DNA of 64,000 nt from a virus (taxonomy: Duplodnaviria; Caudoviricetes), in IMG/VR virus record IMGVR_UViG_3300037127_000056, positions 1 through 64,000 of that record; one strand, 5' to 3'. Both the position numbers and the translations under genes were made by a program. The number at the start of each line of letters is the position of its first letter. The first letter of the stretch is position 1. A model generated the notes under the pieces. The model did not search any database. It was not told where the DNA came from and saw nothing but the letters and a program-made list of their open reading frames with translations. Below are positions 1 to 7,455 of the stretch, one piece after another.

Positions 1-313
1 ATCGCCCATACCATCGCCATGCGTTGTTCAAGTCATTCGTCAACCGCCAGATGTCGGACACCGGTGCGCTCGCCTCAATGAGACGTACCACATTGTCTAG
101 TACTGATACTTCACCAATGACGTCGTATGTCTCCCACGCCACCCACGACAAGAACCATGATGGTACATCAACTACCCCGAGTTCATACTCGTCGCCAGAT
201 TCTTCAAGTATTACGCATACATAGCCCTGTTCAGGAACCGCGGTCAAGCGTACGTTCTTCCACTCCTTTCTGCACCGAATAATGCAGTCGGCCAGCTCCA
301 TCAGGAAGTTCAT
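1..313 (-). CDS. Family A small Trp-rich paralog (runs off window start)
   Basis: Manual translation from ATG 313: MNFLMELADCIIR...VDVPSWFL...NDLNNAWRWYGR. Carries the VPxW and AxxWY motifs of the 2.7-7.0 kb array. TATGGT lies 5 nt upstream of the ATG. Confidence 0.7.
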   Translation of the reverse strand, partial: MNFLMELADCIIRCRKEWKNVRLTAVPEQGYVCVILEESGDEYELGVVDVPSWFLSWVAWETYDVIGEVSVLDNVVRLIEASAPVSDIWRLTNDLNNAWRWYGR

Positions 314-350
314 GCCCCACCATACACCATCGCCCGCCCGTCAAGCAACC

Positions 351-1004
351 CTACCGCCGCGTCGCTCGCTTCCCGACTTGCAGCTCACCTAAGGTTCGCG
401 GTAGCAGCCCCGCCTTCTCCATCGACAGCAGGGACCACATACACACCCGGGCGTCCTGAAGTGCCCGGTGGTTGGACTCCAGCTTGATGTCGAACCGCTT
501 GGCCACCGTCGGCAGCTTGTGGTTGGACAGGCCACGGACGTACCTCCGAGCGAGTTGCATGGTATCGATCCAGGTGAATTCCGGGTCAGCCGCCGGGCAC
601 CGCGTCAACTCGATGCGACACCTCCGTAGCTCCGACACGATGAGCCGCTTGTCGAACCCCGCGTTGTGGGCGATGGGGACGGCGTAACGGAGGTGGGGTT
701 CGAGGTCCCGCACGATCTCGGCGAAGGTCGGGGCATCGGCGACATCGGCGTCCGAGATACCATGCACCCGCGTAGAATCCGGCGGTATCGGGATGCCGGG
801 GTTGACAAGGGACTCCCACTCATCGACGACTTGCCCGCGATCGATGTTGATGACGCCAATCTCGACGATCCTGGCGTTGCGATCGAGCCCCGTTGTCTCG
901 ATGTCGATGACCGCGAGGGGATGATGTAGCCATGGCCAGTCATTGGGCAACGCGGCGGCGGAGTCGCGGAGACGATCGATCTGTGCGAGGATGTCGGCCT
1001 TCAT
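351..1004 (-). CDS. DEDDh 3'-5' exonuclease (DnaQ/Pol III epsilon-like)
   Basis: ExoI DIETTG, ExoII AHNAGFD, ExoIII HRALQDA. Start placed at ATG 1004 (TATATC 7 nt upstream; avoids overlap with the upstream gene). Confidence 0.92.
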   Translation of the reverse strand: MKADILAQIDRLRDSAAALPNDWPWLHHPLAVIDIETTGLDRNARIVEIGVINIDRGQVVDEWESLVNPGIPIPPDSTRVHGISDADVADAPTFAEIVRDLEPHLRYAVPIAHNAGFDKRLIVSELRRCRIELTRCPAADPEFTWIDTMQLARRYVRGLSNHKLPTVAKRFDIKLESNHRALQDARVCMWSLLSMEKAGLLPRTLGELQVGKRATRR

Positions 1005-1030
1005 ATGAGCCGATATAGACCACGAGAGTT

Positions 1031-1930
1031 TCAGTCCCGAATGAGACTCAAGCGCGCAAACACCATCTGCGATGCGGTGTTGTCGCGGTCTTCGAGGTGG
1101 TAGCGCTGGTTGATCTTCCATCGTCCCGGCGTGACCTGCGCTGTCCCATCAACCTGATATGTCTCGTGACCAGCATTCTCCAACTCGTCCAAGACTTGGA
1201 CATCTGCCAGGGTCCACCACCAGAGATCGGTACATATACCCCCCACCTGAGAGAATCCTGGAATGGGAATATCTTCATTGGTCTCCTCAACGTACGCGCC
1301 GGCACCAATGAGGATCTCATCCTTGGCGTCGGACACCCATACCCCGGGACACGTGTTACCGCAGAACCCGTACCCGATGTTGACCGTCCCGGCGTTCATC
1401 GTCGCCACCCGAGCCCACTCGATGCCGCGGTCGGCTCCAGGCTCTTTCATGGGATGATCGATGAGTACATCCGCGAACGCCACAACCCCACTGGGAATCT
1501 CGATGACGGGCCCGTACTCCGGGAACCCATCGGGGTATGGGCATCGCTGGTAGTCCGGAGCTGGGATCTCCTTTTTGTACAAACTCTCGGTACCTATCGC
1601 CGCCGCCCGTACACAGGTGCCGTCGTAGAACATCATGAGGTAGTTGGTACATTCATTGCACACCATACGGTGTTCGAACCCGGTGATCGCGACCGGGGAC
1701 TCCGGGCTGGCAGCCTCGACCCTATCGACAAAGCCCGGCTCCTTGCTTCCAAAGATCCACCGAATGTCGATGGCGGCATACACCTGATGTTCGAGGTAGT
1801 CCATGGAATCACGGTCATCCGTGGGAAACGAACGGTTGCGGTGATGGCCGTTCCAGTCGATGGGGATGTCCCCCGATTTGATGCCGGCAATGATAGCCGA
1901 TGTGAGTTCATGTAGACGATCGGTGGGCAT
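1031..1930 (-). CDS. hypothetical phage protein
   Basis: 299-aa ORF with protein-like composition; TAGGTT 7 nt before the ATG. Confidence 0.75.
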   Translation of the reverse strand: MPTDRLHELTSAIIAGIKSGDIPIDWNGHHRNRSFPTDDRDSMDYLEHQVYAAIDIRWIFGSKEPGFVDRVEAASPESPVAITGFEHRMVCNECTNYLMMFYDGTCVRAAAIGTESLYKKEIPAPDYQRCPYPDGFPEYGPVIEIPSGVVAFADVLIDHPMKEPGADRGIEWARVATMNAGTVNIGYGFCGNTCPGVWVSDAKDEILIGAGAYVEETNEDIPIPGFSQVGGICTDLWWWTLADVQVLDELENAGHETYQVDGTAQVTPGRWKINQRYHLEDRDNTASQMVFARLSLIRD

Positions 1931-1958
1931 GTTGTAGAACCTAGCACAATGGGCGCTG

Positions 1959-2483
1959 TCACCTCACCCAGCCATGTTCCGAGAACTCGACCCGTGATCC
2001 CAAGATGGGCCACCCCGGTCCTGTTCCGGTGGTGACGACCTGATTGATGAGGCCGGCTGCCATTCCCCCGACGACGTGGATGCGAGCACTGTCACCTCGG
2101 TGCAAGGTCTCGATTACGACGCCGTGGGTTACATCTGGCGGCACTTGAACCCGATCATGCAACGCCTGCCCACGGGCTGGGTATGCGTACACGTCGCGAA
2201 TGCCGACTGAGATGGTGTCGGCGATCTCGGCCAAAGTACATTTGGCCGAGAATACCGTGCGTTGAACCGCCCCACCATTGACTCTGATCTCAAGGCTGTA
2301 CGTCGCCGGGTTGTTGCTGTATGCCCACCCAAAGCCCGTCATCGCGGTGCGCGCCGGTTGAGACGTATTGTCGGGTGGTGTCCCCGTGTAGAACCGGAGC
2401 ACATCGTCGTCGCAGTGAACGAACACGCGGCGTGACAACGGATCGATGTATACCACGGAGCCGCTGTGAATGATTGATGACAT
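1959..2483 (-). CDS. hypothetical protein
   Basis: ORF fills the gap between neighbours; TATGTT 8 nt upstream of ATG 2483. Confidence 0.6.
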   Translation of the reverse strand: MSSIIHSGSVVYIDPLSRRVFVHCDDDVLRFYTGTPPDNTSQPARTAMTGFGWAYSNNPATYSLEIRVNGGAVQRTVFSAKCTLAEIADTISVGIRDVYAYPARGQALHDRVQVPPDVTHGVVIETLHRGDSARIHVVGGMAAGLINQVVTTGTGPGWPILGSRVEFSEHGWVR

Positions 2484-2545
2484 ATGGGGGCAACATACCA
2501 CATCGTGTGCTTGCGTTCTACCTACGGGCACGCTACATCGTTGGT

Positions 2546-2785
2546 ATGCATGATCTCACCGCATCCGACTACGCCGCCATGGCCGATCCCGTGCTGCGGG
2601 CCTTGGCATTCTACATCGATACCCTTGACCAAGATGTCGTCGTGTTCCGCGATGGCCGGACCGGTGATCCCATCACCGCGAGTGAAATGGCTGAGATGAT
2701 CCGGGCCCGCGATCCCCGTGCGGTGTCGTACCTCGACGAGGTCTATGGCGCGGCGGTGCGGGCGGTTCGTGTACGCGCCAAGTGA
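2546..2785 (+). CDS. hypothetical protein
   Basis: TTGCGT-17-TACATC-6-ATG promoter; 79 aa. Confidence 0.6.
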   Translation: MHDLTASDYAAMADPVLRALAFYIDTLDQDVVVFRDGRTGDPITASEMAEMIRARDPRAVSYLDEVYGAAVRAVRVRAK

Positions 2786-3171
2786 TCTCGAACCAACGCG
2801 TCGTGAGCGAGCCAAATCCGCCAGGCACCGATGGTGTATCGGCACCGTCGCCCCCAACAATTGTTGTCGGTGTACCACGTGAACGTTGTATCCAGGGCGT
2901 GCTCCAATGCATCGTGATCCGTGTGTGCGCTCAAAACAAGCAAGCGCGCGAAGTCGGCGCGCTTGCCCTTACCGATCATGTGCCGAGCGACATGCATGAA
3001 CCATGGGGGGACATGAACGTCTACATATGCGTTGGACGCCTCTCCGTGTATTCGCCGATCCAAGACTCGAATGGTGAAGTTGCCGGTGGTCGGGTTCATC
3101 GTTACGCGGACACCCCAAGCTATTCGTGAATGCTCTTCGGCGGACTCGCCCAGCGTCTTCAAAAAGCTCAT
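2743..3171 (-). CDS. Family A paralog
   Basis: VPPWF...LEHALDTTFTWY...WRIWLAHDAL; ATGA overlap with the upstream gene. Confidence 0.8.
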   Translation of the reverse strand: MSFLKTLGESAEEHSRIAWGVRVTMNPTTGNFTIRVLDRRIHGEASNAYVDVHVPPWFMHVARHMIGKGKRADFARLLVLSAHTDHDALEHALDTTFTWYTDNNCWGRRCRYTIGAWRIWLAHDALVRDHLARTRTARTAAP

Positions 3172-3554
3172 GGGGACCACCTCGCCCGGTGCTCTTGCAA
3201 GCGACGTGTCGCCAGCCACAGCTGCCAGAACTTGATCAACTCCATGGGACGGTCGCGATCGGCTCGGTACCAGTCATCCGCGGCGATGAGAGCCGGCTCC
3301 AACTCATCGCAGTAGGGCTCAGAGGCGATGATGAGCTGGACGAATTCGTCCATGCGCTTGGCGTTCTGCATACGGGACGTGATGTTGAAGAACCATAGCG
3401 GGACGAAATTGAACAGACCGTTCGTACCATTTGGGCTCCGTCCTATTTGCACGCTTGTCCAAAAACCAGCATACGTGTTGAGATACACCGAACGGATAGT
3501 AGGTAGGTATTTGCACCTCTTGATAATTTGGGCCATCTCGCCGAGAACGGTCAT
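3168..3554 (-). CDS. Family A paralog
   Basis: VPLWF...LEPALIAADDWY...FWQLWLATRRL; ATGA overlap. Confidence 0.8.
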   Translation of the reverse strand: MTVLGEMAQIIKRCKYLPTIRSVYLNTYAGFWTSVQIGRSPNGTNGLFNFVPLWFFNITSRMQNAKRMDEFVQLIIASEPYCDELEPALIAADDWYRADRDRPMELIKFWQLWLATRRLQEHRARWSP

Positions 3555-3943
3555 CTCATCTCCCCAGTTTCCCGCCGGCGGGAAAGCTCTTGCGTCGCCA
3601 ACCAGATCTCCCAACACGACAGGATCGGCGCGTCGGCGTAGAACCGCCAGTGCGTCCAGTACCAATACGATACATCTCTGATGAACTCGTCCGCGCCGAC
3701 GAATTGGCGAGAGCGCACCACGAGGTCAGTGAGCCTGTGGAGTTCGTTTTTGACGTCCCACACGATTTGCTCAAACCAAATTGGAACAATTACGGCACCG
3801 CGGGTGCTACCCGTCGTCGTCTCAATAAGACCGATTGCGGGACAGTCGGCCCATACAGTTGGCGAGACGTGGACATTCACCCCCTGACGGGCCCACCCAA
3901 CGATGGTCGAACCCAATGGGCCTATGAACGGGACGCTACCCAT
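3551..3943 (-). CDS. Family A paralog
   Basis: VPIWF...SYWY...WEIWLATQEL; TAGGGT-6-ATG. Confidence 0.75.
   Translation of the reverse strand: MGSVPFIGPLGSTIVGWARQGVNVHVSPTVWADCPAIGLIETTTGSTRGAVIVPIWFEQIVWDVKNELHRLTDLVVRSRQFVGADEFIRDVSYWYWTHWRFYADAPILSCWEIWLATQELSRRRETGEMR
3568..3585. repeat. dispersed palindrome copy 1
   Basis: TTTCCCGCCGGCGGGAAA; at the 3' end of one ORF, just upstream of start 3554. Confidence 0.95.
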
Positions 3944-3952
3944 GACCACACC

Positions 3953-4429
3953 CTACTCCATCTCATCGTAGCGATCAAGCATCATCTCGATGAGCGCCGG
4001 CAGCTGCAATTCCCACCATGCTTCCAGGTCGGCCGCGGTATCGAGGTACTCCTCATCATCGGGGGTCCGTGCCACGAATGCCGGCAGCTCAGCACCGGTG
4101 ATGACTTGCACCTCCGTCCAGGGCCACTCCGTCGCCATCTCTTCCGGCTCCCCGGTCTCGGGGTCGGTCTGTACGAGGCGCACCGCGAATGCCGTAGGAT
4201 CGTCTGTAGCGCGCTGTACCAGCGTCCAATCACCGCGGCTTACCTGCATGACTCCTACGGTCATCTCGGCGACGACGCGGCGGATGACGGCGATTCCGTG
4301 GGCAAGGGTGCGGGCGTCGCGGTCGCGGATGTCTTGGATCCGCTTCATCTCTCGATCGATGGTTCCGATCCAATGCGTCGCAGGGGAGACCACGATCGTC
4401 TGAGCCGCTTGGGGGCGCCGGTGACTCAC
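3953..4429 (-). CDS. hypothetical protein
   Basis: 158-aa ORF with a 4-nt overlap with the upstream gene; lacks the family A motifs. Confidence 0.7.
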   Translation of the reverse strand: MSHRRPQAAQTIVVSPATHWIGTIDREMKRIQDIRDRDARTLAHGIAVIRRVVAEMTVGVMQVSRGDWTLVQRATDDPTAFAVRLVQTDPETGEPEEMATEWPWTEVQVITGAELPAFVARTPDDEEYLDTAADLEAWWELQLPALIEMMLDRYDEME

Positions 4430-5046
4430 GTCGCTTGCACCTCTCGCATCGCGACCAAGGTTTCCCAGAATCGACGGAAGTCCTTGACCAGGGCATCGGC
4501 GGTTGTCTTGCTGTCGCGGTGATTCATCACTGATGAGAAAACATCGACCCCGGCGTAGTACTCGATGGCGTCCGTTTGATGGTTACACTCATTGAAATCA
4601 TCGGTATGTAGCCCGATGAGACGTCCTATGTCGGAACTCAGCCGCTCCGTAACGAATGCCTGGTAGCCATCTCCCCGGTGTCCGATCCGATACGCCACGT
4701 TGATAAGATACCACACCCACGCAGCCTCCAGCGCGAGCCAATCCGTGGTGACCAAGATGTCGGAGCGACGGAATAGGTCGATGGTGTGTCGATCGACGTT
4801 GAGATCATTGTCCGAGTACCCTGCGATACCAACCTGAGACGCCCAGATGGGTAGCCGTGTGCCTGGTGTAAATGACCAGCTTATTGGTGCGGTCTCCAGT
4901 TTGATCGAAAGTACCCATCGCGTTATGAAACAATCATTCCGCAAGGTGCCGTTGCGCGGGCGAAGCACGACGTGTTCATGTACCGTACCGTACTTCGCGA
5001 TCCTCTCACACACTCCGCGGAGTCGTGGTATGTGGCCATCAGACAT
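4426..5046 (-). CDS. Family A-related protein (longer variant)
   Basis: LPIWA...LEAAWVWY...RFWETLVAMRE. Confidence 0.7.
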   Translation of the reverse strand: MSDGHIPRLRGVCERIAKYGTVHEHVVLRPRNGTLRNDCFITRWVLSIKLETAPISWSFTPGTRLPIWASQVGIAGYSDNDLNVDRHTIDLFRRSDILVTTDWLALEAAWVWYLINVAYRIGHRGDGYQAFVTERLSSDIGRLIGLHTDDFNECNHQTDAIEYYAGVDVFSSVMNHRDSKTTADALVKDFRRFWETLVAMREVQAT

Positions 5047-5052
5047 CGGTGG

Positions 5053-5469
5053 TCAACCTAGAACGTTTCCCGCCGGCGGGACATCGTGTCGGTGACGTAA
5101 CTCGTGGTTCGCGATGGCAACTTTCCAAAATTGGACCATTGGACGAAAACGCGACTCAGCGAGCGCAACATGTAGACCATACCACTTGTAGGCTTGGTAC
5201 AGTTCTTGCTCAATTCGATTGGCCCATAACCGGCTTCGTCGGAACAGCTCTTTGAGCGTATTCTGCTGCCACGGATAGTCCATATAACATACGACGAGAT
5301 ATAGCCATGGAACAACCCCGACGTGTTTTATCTCGCTATGAAACCCGTCGTTCCTTGCCCGGATAAGGCGCACGGGCCCACCATACGCGTTGACCATAAT
5401 AGTCTCATCAGGATGACACCGAGACTCCATTTCGTGCAAGATCGTGCTGATGGCGTAGATGCTAGACAT
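5053..5469 (-). CDS. Family A paralog
   Basis: VVPWL...IEQELYQAYKWY...FWKVAIANHEL. Confidence 0.75.
   Translation of the reverse strand: MSSIYAISTILHEMESRCHPDETIMVNAYGGPVRLIRARNDGFHSEIKHVGVVPWLYLVVCYMDYPWQQNTLKELFRRSRLWANRIEQELYQAYKWYGLHVALAESRFRPMVQFWKVAIANHELRHRHDVPPAGNVLG
5068..5081. repeat. dispersed palindrome copy 2
   Basis: TCCCGCCGGCGGGA; just upstream of TAGGTT-8-ATG(5046). Confidence 0.95.
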
Positions 5470-5470
5470 C

Positions 5471-5866
5471 TCACCAACCATTGCACAACAATGCGTCGCG
5501 TGCAAGCCAAATCTTCCAGAATCTGAAGAGCATCTTCATCCCACCTTCAGGCAACGCCCCTCGATCTGGGCAATCGTACCGCTCTGAGTACCACTCAAAC
5601 GCCGCCCTCAATGCCGGCTCTGTGTCATCGGTCATCGTGGCCGCGACAAGAAAAACGAACACTTCACCCATGTCGAGGGTTGTGACTGTACTTATCAGGT
5701 CGGCGAGCCACAGTGGTACTGACGATACCGTAGCGAGGTGGTAAAAGTCGCGAATGTAGACGACATAGTTTGTTGGCGTGGACTCCGAGCGGAGAATGTC
5801 AACACGTATAGCCGCGAACCCTTGGTACCGTCGAACGGCACGCCCGATCTCAGCCAGAGCACTCAT
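5471..5866 (-). CDS. Family A paralog
   Basis: VPLWL...TEPALRAAFEWY...FRFWKIWLARDAL. Confidence 0.8.
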   Translation of the reverse strand: MSALAEIGRAVRRYQGFAAIRVDILRSESTPTNYVVYIRDFYHLATVSSVPLWLADLISTVTTLDMGEVFVFLVAATMTDDTEPALRAAFEWYSERYDCPDRGALPEGGMKMLFRFWKIWLARDALLCNGW

Positions 5867-6228
5867 GCCGTCCTCAGCTTATCGAGAGCGAGGCGGATAC
5901 GCCAGAACGTAAGTATGTCCCCCGCCGGGGTCGGTGTCATTTTCCGCCGACCCCACGCCCACGCATCCATGATGTCCTCTTCGATACGCGATATTGCGCC
6001 GGCACTCATATCAAGAAGCGACACGAGTCCGGCATGCATTCCCGCGCAATTAACGTGCCAAACTAGATCGCGTACTTTTTTTGAAACATGAACCTCCCTC
6101 GTTTCATGAAATGCCCAACGTACATGCACCGTATTGCTGGTCCATGGTACGAGACTTGGATCGTATAGACATACACCAGTTTCCCATACCACCGTTGCCA
6201 GCTTGACCAGCCCGTGATCTGATCTCAT
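5863..6228 (-). CDS. Family A paralog
   Basis: IEEDIMDAWAW...FWRIRLALDKL; ATGA overlaps at both ends. Confidence 0.75.
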   Translation of the reverse strand: MRSDHGLVKLATVVWETGVCLYDPSLVPWTSNTVHVRWAFHETREVHVSKKVRDLVWHVNCAGMHAGLVSLLDMSAGAISRIEEDIMDAWAWGRRKMTPTPAGDILTFWRIRLALDKLRTA

Positions 6229-6644
6229 CGGTTGGACCTCAACGCATCAAGGGCAAGCCAGGTTCGCCAGAATCTGAAGAACATCTCCATCACAGACAGA
6301 GACCTTCTTTCTGGATGTGCATGTGCATACCGCTTGCAGTACCACACGAACGCCGAGCCCAATGCCGGCTCCGCGTCGTCGGAATCCGTCAATGCGACGA
6401 GATGTATGAATTTTTCGTCCATACCGTTCGTCCCAATCATGTACACCATGTCAGCAAGCCATGCTGGAACGGTGTCGATCGTTGCAAGGTGACTCGAAAG
6501 ACCATCTTCTTGTAACGCGACGAGATAGATCACTGACGCCATCCCCCCATGCCTCCACCCAATATGAAACACCATACATGGTTGGGTGGCCATGTAATAC
6601 TGTACTACCTTTCCAAGTCGTGCGAGTGCCGTGTGTTGGCTCAT
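6225..6644 (-). CDS. Family A paralog
   Basis: VPAWL...AEPALGSAFVWY...FRFWRTWLALDALRS. Confidence 0.8.
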   Translation of the reverse strand: MSQHTALARLGKVVQYYMATQPCMVFHIGWRHGGMASVIYLVALQEDGLSSHLATIDTVPAWLADMVYMIGTNGMDEKFIHLVALTDSDDAEPALGSAFVWYCKRYAHAHPERRSLSVMEMFFRFWRTWLALDALRSNR

Positions 6645-7036
6645 CGGCTGGACCTCAGCGCGTCAAGAGCAAGCCAAGTACGCCAGAACTGGAACAGTCC
6701 GTCTAATCGTGCGCGACTACCCCTTGGGGAACAAGGGTTGAACCGGTACCACTTCATTGCAGCCATGATCTCACATTCGGCTCGCTCCATTACGGGCACT
6801 GTTCGCTTGAGCAGTACTTTGAGTTCAGCTTGTCGGCGATGTGCCATTGTGTATCGCACAAAGAAATAGAGCGGTGATGACACATGCACTCCTGGCACAT
6901 GGACACGCCACGTACCATGGTCGTTCCACGAGCCAATGCCGACATTGGTCGGCCCAAGGTCCACGAACACCCACTCGTCATCCATGGTTGCTACCACAGC
7001 AGCAATGTCGCGTAGCCCGCCGATGTAGTCGCTCAT
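6641..7036 (-). CDS. Family A paralog (first gene of array)
   Basis: AECEIMAAMKWY...FQFWRTWLALDALRS; promoter directly upstream. Confidence 0.8.
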   Translation of the reverse strand: MSDYIGGLRDIAAVVATMDDEWVFVDLGPTNVGIGSWNDHGTWRVHVPGVHVSSPLYFFVRYTMAHRRQAELKVLLKRTVPVMERAECEIMAAMKWYRFNPCSPRGSRARLDGLFQFWRTWLALDALRSSR

Positions 7037-7043
7037 GTCCCGA

Positions 7044-7072
7044 ACCCTAGCACGTCATCGCCTGAAACACAA
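7044..7072 (-). promoter_or_regulatory. leaderless sigma70-type promoter of the family A array
   Basis: TTGTGT-17-TAGGGT-7-ATG(7036); palindrome variant TTTCCCGGCGGGAA just upstream (7081-7094). Confidence 0.6.
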
Positions 7073-7110
7073 GTCTCGGGTTTCCCGGCGGGAATGTCAA
7101 CCGGATCAAG

Positions 7111-7377
7111 TCATCGGGACACCTTGGTCGCGACGGCGAAGTCATCGAGGTCATCGCGGATCCATGCTGTAGACAGGACCCCGCACCCCTCTTGCCAGCC
7201 GTCAAGGGTCTCCGCCCAGCACCACAACGCATCGGCGTCGTCCTCATCGAGGTGCAGTTCTTCGACCTCGCCGTCCACAAGCTCTTGCACATCCACCGGT
7301 GCCATGAAGTGGCAACGCAAGACGTGATACCACCACTCGGCGAATTCCGCGGACTCATTCTTTCTCACCCTGATCAT
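7111..7377 (-). CDS. small acidic hypothetical protein
   Basis: TATACC-7-ATG; D/E-rich, 88 aa. Confidence 0.6.
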   Translation of the reverse strand: MIRVRKNESAEFAEWWYHVLRCHFMAPVDVQELVDGEVEELHLDEDDADALWCWAETLDGWQEGCGVLSTAWIRDDLDDFAVATKVSR

Positions 7378-7455
7378 GTCTCCGGGTATACCGGCTCCGA
7401 GAATTGGTCCCATAGTTGCATATCCGATGGCTTGATGCTGTAAGGTGCTCCCATT

